Position numbers and translations under genes: made by a program. Shown here in pieces: positions 25,942-37,574 of a stretch of 64,000 nt of DNA. Numbering within the stretch: the stretch's first letter is position 1; every line of letters starts with the position of its first letter. Source of the stretch: Macrostomum lignano (Eukaryota); assembly GCA_002269645.1 (NCBI GenBank), contig NIVC01000189.1, positions 75,875 through 139,874 of the forward strand, read 5' to 3'. The notes under the pieces were generated by a model. It was not told the origin of the DNA, made no database searches, and worked only from the letters and a program-made list of their open reading frames with translations.

Positions 25942-27151
25942 TGCAATAGCATAATATATCAATATTAGATTTTTAAGGTACGTCAAACGAATTTATTAAC
26001 TCAAATATTTCAGTAGAAAAAGACAGCACTTTAAATAGTTGGATTGGATTTGGAACAACGAAGATTAGAGCTTGAATTTATACCATACAGTTTTACTAAG
26101 TAATTAAGGTCACGAAACTTGACAACAGTAGCGCCTACAAGTTTTAACTTTAATCCAATTTGTGAGCCTATTTAACCGGCCTTTTTAACTGCTTTATTCT
26201 TCGGTTTTCACTACGATTTCTTTTAGATTTCTATGAAAGAGATCTTCCGTATAATGTTTATGAGTTAATAACAACTATTAAAACCAAAATAGAAATAAGT
26301 AAAAAAAATTATTGCATTAAAGAAGTAAAACGTTAATTTTTATTCGTTTTAATTTTAAAAAAACTAGATAATAGCCATATATTAAAAGCATGGAAATGTA
26401 ATAGATTTTTGTTTCGAATGAGAAAAGAAATTAACGAATATATCCTGTACATATTTGGATATTTCACAAATCATTTTTTGTAAGGATTATCGAGTTATGC
26501 GCGTGAAACTTCGGTTTTAAACTCAAAATCACTTTAGAATCGCAAAGCTAATGCAAATACAAACCAAAATGCAATGCAAATGAAAATTTACAAGGCAACC
26601 AATGTGCATTTTTACATGTACACCATATAACTGATGGTTTCCTTACATGATTTCGTTTGTACTGTACATTCCATAAGTAAAGAGGCGGCAGACTTTAAAA
26701 AAGACAGAAGTGGGGAGCTACAAGTAGTGAGATTTCAGTCACTCGAGAGCGTTAAATCATGTCCATGCGCACTTACATATGTAACTTGTTATTTTCAGTA
26801 CAAAAAAGCAGTCATGTGACAATATAAATTCTGCTTTTCTAAAGCAGTATAGAGCGAGAAGTTCCACTTTAACTGAGCACACTTTAGCTAAGTCAGCTAG
26901 CTTTTTCTAATGTGTGCGACCAACCAATATAGCTATATGAAATATGAATTTCAGCCATATGGCTGGCATATTTTTATTTTTTGACGAAACATGTAGATAC
27001 ACATTGTAAATCACATTGTCACCGTCTAATCGGCCACACCTCGATGCTTTTTCGTGTTCGTGCCATTAGTTCTGTTTGTACCCTCGGGTGACTGCACTGA
27101 AACGAAAACATGTATTTTTGATACCAGCTTTATTTCAAGGACCACACTGTA

Positions 27152-27925
27152 CGAGGGGCACTAATAAAATTGGGAGCTACATCTAAACAGAAGCAGCTAT
27201 GAATCTGAAATTTTCACAGCTTCTCAAAGTATTTTCTACCAGCCTGGATGCAGCGCCTCATCCTCTGAAAACCAGGTGACGAAGCAGTGGTGCCACTCGG
27301 AAGTCGACATCCCTTGGTCGACCATCTGCTTGCTGGTGCTCCTGCCTCGCACGACCTTCGTTAGCGGCACCTTGTCTGGAAACGCCCGCACCTACGACTG
27401 GCACTTGAACTTTGGCTCGTAGCAGTAGACTTAAGTCACGTCGCATGTCACGATGTCAGTGACCGCTTTCGACGCTGCATCGCTGTTCTTTTGTAGCATC
27501 TGGCGGCACCAATCGACCCTAGCCTGTTTCTGCTTAGGCTGCGCCAGGTGGGACACCCAGCGACTGGTCAGCTTGCGCAAGCCGATGTGGTCGTGAAGGA
27601 TTTTAGCGATTGCCGGCGAATGGATGCTCAGGGATGCCTCGATCTCCTTGTAGTTTACCCGCCTGACAGCTTCAACCAGATGGCGGACACGAGCCACTGT
27701 TTCTGGTGTCGCGACAGTTGAAGGTCGGCAGCTGTACGCTCCTCATTTTCCAACGAGTCTCGGCCACAACGAAACTCGCGGAACCAGTTGCTGACAGTTG
27801 CAGGCGATGGAGCAGCTTCTGCGAAAGCCACTACTGACAGCCTTTCGTGGCATTGGTGGCAACCAAGGCCGCTGCGATAGTCATAAAAAAATTATAGCAC
27901 AAAAGTGCTCGCGATTCAGTTTCAT
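27152..27925 (-). mobile_element. Internally deleted mariner (Tc1/mariner) transposase pseudogene
   Basis: ATG at 27925: MKLNREHFCAIIFYDYRSGL...APSPATVSNWFREFRCGRDSLENEERT, frameshift, ...LGLRKL-like IGLRKLTSRWVSH...KQARVDWCRQML...IVTCD, then YCYEP and TKVVRGRSTSKQMV, jumping to the C-terminal RMRRCIQAGRKYFEKL*. A terminal-repeat-like end TA|CGAGGGGCACT lies at 27150; no partner repeat was found. Confidence 0.9.
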
Positions 27926-28214
27926 GAGCTCCGCCGGAAAGTGGGCAGAGGTGTTGAATTTATCTGGCTCTAGCGGCTGAATTCTGCAAGATATTTGCGT
28001 GAAGTTTTATCCAACCTTAGTTTATCTATTTAGTAATTTTTTTGTCTATACATGTAGTCAGAGACTATTTAACTATGTAATGGCGCAGATTTTTGTGAGA
28101 AACATCATTCATAACCATGTTGCATGCGGATGTACAATCGTAGTTGTTGGTATTTCTTTCGTGTCTACGAGTAACTTACACGACACATATTTAGCATTTT
28201 ATATACAATACAAA

Positions 28215-28555
28215 CTTCTGCTACCTGGGGTTGCTTGCTATCTGGGGGATGCTTGCTACCTGGGGTTGCTTGCTATCTGGGGGATGCTTGCTATTTAGGG
28301 ATGCTTGCTATTTAGGGTTGCTTGCTATCTGGGGGATGTTTGCTATCTGGGGGATGCTTGCTATCTGGGGTTTCTTGCTATCTGGGGTTGCTTGCTATTT
28401 AGGGATGCTTGCTACCTGGGGTTGCTTACTATCTGGGGGATGCTTGCTGTCTGGGTTTGCTTGCTATCTGGGGTTTCTTGCTATCTGGGGTTGCTTGCTA
28501 TCTGGGGGATGCTTTTTATTCAGGGGGAAGCTTGCTATCTGGGGGATGCCTTCTA
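28215..28555 (+). repeat. 17-18-bp minisatellite (CTATCTGGGG[GAT/TT]GCTTG)n
   Basis: About 19 degenerate units. Confidence 0.9.
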
Positions 28556-28809
28556 CCTCGAAGTATTCAGAGGGAATGCCTGCTATCTTTAGTGACGGTT
28601 TTTTGGCTTTATTTTCTTCTATCCTTTTGTTACTTTTTGCAAAAAGAGATTCATAGCCAACATCTTTGTCCGTCCATGACAATTTTACTCGAATAAGGTG
28701 ATTTATAAAACTGAAGAAGGAATTGGTTCTTAAGAACATGTGCTTTTTTAATGGATTTGCAGGAATAATTTTGCTCCTTCCGTATTGAGCTTGCTTATAA
28801 TCTAGTGCC

Positions 28810-29672
28810 CGAAGGTATAACGAGACAAACGATTAGTAATAATGATTTAATTACGCACTGGCAAACGGATCCCAGCTTGAAGAAGAAAAAAAAGAGAAAC
28901 CGAACAGGACCACGGAGAAGACTCCTAACCCCTGGCCTAAACCAGAACCTACACTCAAACGAGAGCCCTGCCGAATCGACCGTTCAACGGAGCACTGACT
29001 AAGTTCTATCAGCTCTGCCCTTCAGTGTGACACTGAGGCCCTCGGGGTCGAGGCCGCGTACTTGATCAGATCCGACAGTCTCTATCTAACCGCGCTTGAT
29101 AGCGACGACTTCAGACAGAAATTTGCCGTAGACGTTACGCTACAAGGCTGGAGCGGTTGGGCGGGGGACAAAAATATGGACCGGGGTGATGAACTCAAGC
29201 GCCTCAAAGCGCGAACCAAAACAAGGGCAAGCGGCCGGAAAGCTGGACAAAACCAAGAACCGGGGAAAGAAGGCGAGATCCGATTGCCAAACACACTTTC
29301 ATATATTGTCAGAGTCAAACCCTCACAACCCCCTCAAGCCGGGTGGTGGTCGTCTGGCCGGCCGCCCGCTAAGCCGACTTGCACTGTGCCCGCGGCGCCG
29401 GGTAGAACTGGAACTTGCCGCGTGCCAGGGTCCAGGCCGGTTCTGATTGGCTGGCCGCGCAAAGCTGGGGTTCGCAGAAAAACTCAACCCTCCGCTGAGT
29501 CACAGAATTGGCGTCTAACTCTAACCTGTTTACAATTTTAGATTTTAACTAACAAGAAAAAGTACATCAAAAACGCATGACTAAACTAAAGCAAAATACA
29601 ATAATTCAATAACAATAATGCAAAACCTAACTAATAGAATACAAGGCTATCGCAAAAGATGCTCACACTACA
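28810..29672 (-). mobile_element. Putative 3' LTR of the Gypsy-like element
   Basis: Begins with TG(TAGTG) at 29672 immediately after a polypurine tract. On the minus strand it contains a CCAAT box (about 29450) and a TATA-like TATATGAAAG (about 29305). The left boundary is uncertain and no matching 5' LTR was found. Confidence 0.5.
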
Positions 29673-29684
29673 CTCCCCCCTCCT
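29673..29684 (-). promoter_or_regulatory. Polypurine tract (PPT) AGGAGGGGGGAG
   Basis: Purine run directly followed by TG, downstream of the gag-pol remnant. Confidence 0.7.
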
Positions 29685-30648
29685 AAAAGAAGTAGAGTAC
29701 AAGAAGAAAAACTTGAAAAATTCGAAATACGCGTAACATACTACTTCCAGTAAGCAAATGAGTACTATATAAAAGGTAGGGTGGGCGCTTCGACCCTCAC
29801 TGTCTCCACAGCGGAATTCTTATCGCAATGTACCACGACGCTTATCTCTAATTAGGTGCCTCGACGATAATTAAGTTCCACCCACGCTCCCGTGGCGGAC
29901 TAACACTCAGCTCGCGAAGACTATCGCCCATTGGCTGCAGTTTTCCGTCTTGCCCAGGACAATTATTTAAGCGCCCAACGAGGCTCAGACGGCGCCCCGA
30001 TTCGCATCCAACTACTCTACTTCACCCGCTGCCCGAGCGATAACTTGACAAGACGACCTCGCGGAACCGTACAACCAATGATGACTAAAGCCTAGCCAAC
30101 TACCAACAACAGTCGCTCGCCAGCTACGGGTCCCGCTTAACACGTGGTGGGGTGCGCATATACAAGCACTCAAACCTGTCAGCAGCCGCGTGGGTGTCGA
30201 CTCGAAAGCGCGCCACGCTGCAAACCGTTACTGAGCCGTCCTCTTCTAGCTGGCGGCGGTAACCGGCGCCGAACAACGACTCGCAGCGGCCAGCGGGCAA
30301 AACGCCCCCGATCGACGTTGACGCGGACCCAGTGCCGTTGCGTCCCTTAAAGGCGAGCCCTTCCGCCTGACAGGCCGTGCGGATGTCGTCGATGCTCGTG
30401 TCTGGCATACGCTGGCGCGGTGTAAAAGCAATGGCCACCGACACGGCCGTCGCCATCGTGTCGAACAACTCGGGCATCGGCGAAGCCAGCGTGCTTTTCC
30501 AAGAGCCCAACTGCTCTGTAGTTCTAGAGAAACCCCAAAACTAGCGATTTACCCCCGCCCTAATTATTTCCCCGGGTTGAAACTACTGATAGTAGGCAAA
30601 AAGCAAATTTCAACCCACAATAATTCTCGTTCCTAAGATAATCCCCTA

Positions 30649-31707
30649 CTACATTAGTAAGCCTTCAGCAACATAGAATGGATGCGTAATCTCGCAATCC
30701 CCGAATCTAACGCGCAATGCTACTTGGCCTAATAAATTTGAAGTCTGGCCATTTGCGGATCGCATATTTACTGAGCATGGCTTCAAACTATGATTTGCTG
30801 GATAGAGGCGCTGATATAATTTATTATCAATTAGGCAATTCGAGGCGCCGGTGTCAACTAATATTTTTTCGCTTAATCCGTTAATCTGGCTATCGAGCAA
30901 TAATCCTGAGTTTACTAATAGGCTAGATATGTCTGCTTCTACGGTCTTCTCTTGCTTCTCTGTTGCTTTCTTTTCAGTTGCCACATCTCGCTGGATGGCT
31001 GTCTCTAACTTTCTTAATTCCTGCTTCATTTCCCTAAGTTCAGCTCCAAGTTCTGCTGTCGTTGCACTCTTGTCAGGTTCTTCTTTCGCTGATTCTTCTT
31101 GGACTTTCCCTACCAAGCATTGGCGCAAGTCCTTCAATTCGGTTCTTAGATCTGATAATTCTTTTACTACTTTAGATTCGTCCGCTGAAGCTTTCTTTCC
31201 TTCTACTTCACTGAGTCGCAAGTCTATGCTGTTCAATGCACTTCTCTGAGCTGCCGCAGCTTCGCTTCGTTCCTCTAATTCTTCTGTCAATTGCTCTGAC
31301 TGTCTAGCTAAGCTCGCTGACTTCTGTTTATCGATTTCTGCTAATTTGCGTTCCTCGCTTGAGCAAATTTTAACATTGACTGCTCTCTGTTTTCTACTAT
31401 GAGTAGTATCGCTAGTGCGGATAAATTTTACTGTCGCCCTCTGGCGCAGAAAGTGCATAATTTCGTAATCAGTTGCTATATTAGTATTAATCACATGAAA
31501 GAAAATATCTCTATTATTGCTATCTCGCAGGAATCCGTAGCCTCTGTAATAATTATACCAAACTAAATTGCCATATTCTACATTGCCTGATCTAACTCGC
31601 TGGTCTTCTACTGCTGCGACTCTTCTACTGGGAGCAAATCGGTTTAGTGGCTGGGGGCGGTTGGCCCTCCATTGGTGCCGCCCCGTCGGTAGTTTAAAGA
31701 ATTTCGT
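30649..31707 (-). CDS. Truncated Pol frame: cold-shock domain, coiled coil, retropepsin protease
   Basis: The frame is open from the TAG at about 31710 to TAG 30649, upstream of the listed GTG start at 31494. It encodes YGNLVWYNYYRGYGFLRDSNNRDIFFHVINTNI...LRQRATVKF...RAVNVKI (CSD, 31575-31363), about 130 aa of heptad-rich helix, then ILVDTGASNCLID (DTG at 30855-30847). A frameshifted IILG protease motif follows just past the stop. Confidence 0.8.
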   Translation of the reverse strand, partial: TKFFKLPTGRHQWRANRPQPLNRFAPSRRVAAVEDQRVRSGNVEYGNLVWYNYYRGYGFLRDSNNRDIFFHVINTNIATDYEIMHFLRQRATVKFIRTSDTTHSRKQRAVNVKICSSEERKLAEIDKQKSASLARQSEQLTEELEERSEAAAAQRSALNSIDLRLSEVEGKKASADESKVVKELSDLRTELKDLRQCLVGKVQEESAKEEPDKSATTAELGAELREMKQELRKLETAIQRDVATEKKATEKQEKTVEADISSLLVNSGLLLDSQINGLSEKILVDTGASNCLIDNKLYQRLYPANHSLKPCSVNMRSANGQTSNLLGQVALRVRFGDCEITHPFYVAEGLLM

Positions 31708-32550
31708 CTAACTGGGCAGTCTCTAGCCAGGTGAGTTTCTTCGCCGCACTCATAACAGGCCTTTCTCACATTTGGCGCGTTCGCCCCCGAAGGTTTGAAC
31801 CTGTCATTGGCCCCTCCGGCCTCGTGACCAAAGCGTGGCGGGCGTGTCATGGCGGGTTTGACAAATGGCGAAGACTGCCTATAGGGTCTTAAGTAACTGC
31901 TCATGTGATGCTGTGGCCGAAAGCTATTCGGAGGCTGCACTGGTGCCTGTGGCCTATAGCTTCTGCGAAGGATAATTGGCTGGGGAAGCAAACTGAGGTC
32001 CAAATGACTGATGGCCTTGCCCCGCGCTGGGTGCTGGCTTTTTCTGCTCTTTTTCTACTTGAGCTGTCAAAGTATTTGAGCCCTCCTGCTTCCTCCTATT
32101 CTTTTGACTGCCGGGGTTGGCGAGCTCCTCGAGGATCTCCTCGTTTTTGGCTGCAGTCAGTAAATCTTGCGTCTGGTACTTCGATTCATGCGTTCTGCGA
32201 TAGGCAATAACTGCGCGCCTGACTTTATAATTTGCTATGCCGGCTTCAAATCGTTCAGAAACTCGCTCTCTGGCCTGACTCTCTAGTCCTGCTTTCCTAA
32301 CTAATTCAACTAGCGCGTCGTAAAATTCTTCTAATGATTCGTCTTCCTTCTGCTTCCGGTTCATCAGCTCTAGCTTCGCTTCTTCCTTCTGTCCTACAGG
32401 CTTAAATTTGTCCTTTAAAGTCTTTTCAATGCTTTTAAAAGGTTCGGTGCTCGCTAGGCCTAAGTTAATGTAAACCTTGTAGGCGTCTGTCACGTTATTG
32501 GCGTAGTAGTGGCTATAGCCCTCAAAAGGGCCGTTTGACGAGGGTACTGA
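31644..32550 (-). pseudogene. Gag of a Ty3/Gypsy-like LTR retrotransposon, with one frameshift
   Basis: Capsid-like LKDKF...AKLELMNRKQKEDESLEEFYDALVELVRKA...ERFEAGI (32493-31954). A shifted frame continues through a P/Q-rich linker to the CCHC knuckle CYECGEETHLARDC (31757-31716) and TAA at 31644. No clear ATG. Confidence 0.85.
31654..31698 (-). promoter_or_regulatory. -1 programmed ribosomal frameshift signal
   Basis: In-frame T TTA AAC heptamer (31698-31692), 7-nt spacer, GGGGCGG (31684-31678) pairing with CCGCCCC (31660-31654). A -1 shift lands exactly in the CSD/protease frame. Confidence 0.8.
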
Positions 32551-32815
32551 CGTTATTAATTAGTCCCAAAAGGATGGTGAACTCAACAATGGCAGAGTAG
32601 ATTTTGTAGCGGTAGCATTTGGCAATGGCGGTAGATAACAAGACGCCAACTGGTTTATAATTATCAATGTTTAATATTAATACAGAAGCTTATGACGTTA
32701 TTGGGCACTGGCGGCTGCAACAATGGGTTGATGTAATTTAGTTGTATAGATGAAAGTTGAGTAGATGATGATAATTGGGATGAAGCTGAGTAGCAAGTGA
32801 TGGCTGTGAGCACAG

Positions 32816-33726
32816 TGATGGCTAACTCGAACTTCAGAGACCGCATGATTCATTACCCGAGCCGCTTGGCGAACCTAGAGTGCACAAAGTACATCTCTGG
32901 CGCCGATTCTGCACTCCTGGCAGCTTCGCTAACTGATTTGATAGATTGATCGACTGAGAACTGCCTTGCCTGGTCCACTGTGACCGGCGCCTACTAGCTT
33001 AGCTACTCATCTGAGCCATCGGCGAACAAAGAAATAAAACCGATAAAAATAACTGTTAGATTTAACCTTCTTCTTAGATCACTTCACACTTCAGATTGAA
33101 TTGGAGTTTTAGACTACTAGAAGTATTATTGAATGACTTCTGCCTCAGCAACAGCACTACTGAACAAAGTGAGCAAAAGTGTGCGCCTAATCCAGCTACT
33201 GAAACAGGGGACAGATAAGGAATCACCCAATCAAGCAAGTCTAGGTAGCCTCTCACCCAACCAATCAGAAACTCAACAGCCGGAGACCAGGTAATCCACA
33301 GTGACCGAATTGGCTTGATGCTTCGCAGCTGTAGACTCGGGATGATGCTGACACAATCTTCGCTGATAGCTAGCAGGTGATGATCTTAACTTTGATGTTC
33401 GCTGCTGACGACCGGGGGAATTCGTCCTTGATGATGAGGGGGGAAGTCGCAATCCGGGGATCAAGAAACGACGGTCGCGTACTGGGCCCGAGCCAGTACC
33501 AGTTGAGGTCCGAGCGGGCCAAAAACTCCGGCTTAAATAGCCGCCAACTGGACCCCAGTTTGTTATAATGGAACACGTCGATTCTGATTGGCTGAGCCGT
33601 TTTGTTAAAATGAGCGCCGAATTTTCTGATTGGCTGAGCTAGTGGCCACCCAGAATCACGTGACCGGGAGATCCTATCAGTTCCCACAGGGTCGTAAAAA
33701 CATGACAGGTTTTAAAACATAAATCA
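32816..33726 (-). mobile_element. LTR-like promoter-bearing repeat, copy 1
   Basis: TGAT...ATCA termini; minus-strand CCAAT boxes (AGCCAATC, twice), CACGTG and TATA-like CTATTTAAG near 33535. Homologous over its whole length to 37575-38689. Confidence 0.5.
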
Positions 33727-34999
33727 ATCAAAATCGCAACAAAATGATTTATGACTGACTTTTCGCGTAGAATTGACAAAAATTAATGAAAAAATATACA
33801 TTAGAAAGCTCTTATTAAATAGAAAGTGAAGATAATGAAGAGAAATCGCTAATCGCTAATCCCAAGGTACTTTTAGGGGTAAAACGCATAGCTGTCAAAG
33901 CTGTCACACGCTTGAGTGAACCCGAACAATAGGCTCTGACCTCATAAATCTGATGGCCTGTCAAAAATGATGAGAAAAAAAGCTACTATTCGCATCCCCT
34001 CAGACCATCTGGCGCCAGCCTCAACACTGAGTGAGGCGCAGGTGGCTGTCAGACCAGCTTCGAAAGCGATGATTTATGACCCAAAAAGCTGCGCCTATGT
34101 TATTATGACTACTAGTATGACCAAACCATATATCTAGTATAAATTTTATGTTACTTCGCAGAAAAAGAATAAAAAATGCCCCTAGCCTACTGTTAGTAAG
34201 CAAGTAAGTTTAGAGCCCATGTGCTAGCGCGGGATTTGGAAAAAAGGGCGTCCTCATCAATATAATAAAAGCACCTGTAAGTAATGTGAGAGCTACGCAC
34301 GAGTACGCTCAAAAATTCAATCCAACTGTACATGAAACTGCTATGCGTTTAAAGCGTACTGCAGAATAATTTATACTACAAAACAAAAGAAAGAACTCTT
34401 GCACAAAACAAGACACTATTTGTCACTTTTCGTTTTTCAAAGTATAGAAAATTACGAGATAAATATATTTAAAGTATAACAAGTTAAATTCCCGCCCGAA
34501 CTCTGTAGAACATTCTAGTTTCGGAAATGTTTCACGGCTAAAGACTACAAATATAAAACGTTTGCAGCCTTGCACTCTAGTTTGACGAGAGGCAGGTAAT
34601 AAATATTTGACGCAAAAAAGTGCAGAATTTTTATACATTTTGCTATAATTTCTTTTAGAACTTTTAGTATTTTGTTGCATTTCTGACAATACACCGAACA
34701 GAAATGTATCGATCTTTTTTCCTTTACTTTAACTTCTCTGGAGTGTACTACATGTACATGTAAGTTACAACCAATATACAGGTTTGGCTATACAGATATA
34801 CAGATTTCGAAAAAGTCAAGGTGTAGCGTCCTATTTTAGCCGTCCATGGGCTCGCCAATAACAACTACGCGAAACCAAGCCACTGAAGTGAAAGAATAAT
34901 GGAAACTGTCGATTACTATACATTAATTATAATCAAGTATAAAAAATTACTGTATGAAATTAACAAATTTTATTCGATTTCGCTCGATCAACACGTCTC

Positions 35000-36212
35000 T
35001 CAGCTGCTGATGAAACCGTTCAGCTGCAAGAATGCGCAGATTTTATCAACACCGTGGATGCAATTGTCCGAAAGCAAACGGTATTTAGAGCCACAAATAT
35101 CGAATAGTTGTCTTAGCGTCACTCCGAAACTGAACCAGCTGAACATGCTGGCCTTTAACTCGCGAATCAGTTCCCAGCCGTACATATCGGATTTTTTTAT
35201 TTTAACCAAGCGACACTCGCCCTTGCGATAGCACTCTCTGGACGTGCCGATTGCCTTATCGCTTTCTACTCCTGTGTAATTATATTATGCGGCGTAGTCA
35301 TGGGGTGAATGTTGCATGGGGGCAGTTGCCCCCCCCCAAAAAAAAGAGGCTGGCAGAAATTATGGCACCCCCTTGCCCCGTTGCCCCCTTACTTGGCGCC
35401 CTCAATCACAACAGGTGCACAGCATCTCTGTTCCTGCCGTCATTTAGACTATATGTGCACAATATAGTTGGTAAAGAACTGTATGAATCAAACTAGTCTA
35501 TTATCACGAACCCGAATCCTACATCACTGACCTTTTTAAAAAAGAACGAGAAAAACTGTAACAATGACAGCCTCACCTTTCTCGATCAGGTAGAGCTCTC
35601 CACTCGTAGTCTTGGCTACCGCGGCTTGGTGCCCGGGCCCGAAGCCGCTTGAAAAGAGCGAACTACCGCCGGAGGCACTATCAAGTGGCCGTTTGTAAAC
35701 TTTTACAGACTCTACTTGAGCGTCAAGATCGACGTCTCTAGTTTGAGTCCGAGTTGGCCATAAGCCTTGAATGGCTCGGCTTTGAATGTCATAGTCAACT
35801 GAATCAGATGATGCATCAGATTGAAACTTCCTCTGCCTGCTGATCCCCATGACTTCGTGGCCTCCTGAAACAGTTGTGAGGATAAAAGTTTTGAAATATA
35901 TCAGCACGCAGTTTCTGAAGGACAGAATTAAGATTATACCTACCAGGTAGCTAATTGGCTAACAAATGAGGGCCAACTCCAAAGGCACAGAGTGAATATA
36001 TTTACCGATTAGAGAAAGTCAAGGTCGCTATACAACTCTTTGCGGCTTTTACTGACTGTTTAAACTGACTATATACAAAATAGCGAGTTTGCCAGTGAAG
36101 CCTTACCAAATCCGTTGGGTCGGAATTCACCAACAGCCTCAAACATTTGGCCTCTCATGGTGCCATTCGAACATTCGAGCGTCATTGCGCTACAATAGAA
36201 GCCACCGCTCAT
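35000..36212 (-). CDS. Permuted papain-fold (LRAT/PPPDE-like) protein, copy 1
   Basis: Exons 36212-36107, 35864-35577, 35271-35000 (phase 1 introns, GT-AG), about 221 aa with no stops. Motifs VKVYKRPL...GHQAAVAKTTSGELYLIEKG and YRLLSDNCIHGV fit the His-before-NC order of LRAT/PPPDE enzymes. Splice sites are conserved in copy 2. The start codon is uncertain. Confidence 0.65.
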
Positions 36213-36854
36213 TGTGACTGCAAAAATTTCGTTAGAGTTGTCGGTTTTTTCTGGAAAGTTTTCTGAATATGGATGCTTAATGAATGATTTGCCTTATTGC
36301 ATATATATAGTGTGATATATGGCTTGAGTCGAGTTATACGGTACTGCAACGTACGTACGTGTACTCAACCAAAGGCCGTGCTATACGAGCTTTATATTGT
36401 ACTCACAAGTATAGTTGCATTATATTTCTCCGTACAGTTCTACTTTCTGGTTTGAGACCCAGACAGACAGACAGATAGACAGACAGACAGACAGCTGTAT
36501 GCAAAGAAGTAGACTGCAAGAAAAGCAGACAAATGGGAGCTACGAGTGCAGCGAAGTTCCACTTGAATTGAGTACAATTTAGCTATCTTACTGGCTATTT
36601 TTTGAGTTGTTCAAGTGTGTGCGACGAGTCATGCACTCGTAGTTGGTTGGCTGGCAGCTAGTTTCTCTGTGCAGCTGTTCCTGCTCATCCGTGTGTACAA
36701 TTTAAGTAGGCATAATAAAGTTACATACTTGTTATCTGTACATGTCTGTACAATCATATAACTCCTATGACCAATATGCTTTTTTCCATTTTATTTATTG
36801 TTTATAGCTAAAGTATTTCGACTGCGATTTAATTTAGAGAGCAGACAAAGGGCC

Positions 36855-37268
<414 letters not shown>

Positions 37269-37574
37269 CAGATTAACAAACCCGCTGCCACCAGCCCGTG
37301 CGTCCTGGCTCACCAAACCGTAGCTTTCGAAATCGGACTTCCGACTAGAAGGGGCTTTGCACTTACCTGCCAACTAGTGTCATCTTTCTGTCAATCTCGA
37401 AGTCATAGCCGATGATAAGGGACACTGCTGGGACTTGATCGCATTGGCCATGCAGGGACAGAGGGGGCTTGTGGTGGCGGGACTATGGGGTAGCTACATG
37501 TACTATTACATTGCTAAATAATAAAGATTCTACTTCTAGCCTTCAACGTGCTAACCAGCCTCTCGTAGCGCTGG

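Noticed and set aside
30124-30510. 128-aa ORF as a separate accessory gene
   Set aside because: More simply the frameshifted post-protease linker of Pol; no ATG start or recognisable motif.
33370-33687. ORFs within the LTR-like block (shared DPRIATSPLIIKD)
   Set aside because: The frames diverge and stop at different places in the two copies; the similarity is explained by nucleotide homology.
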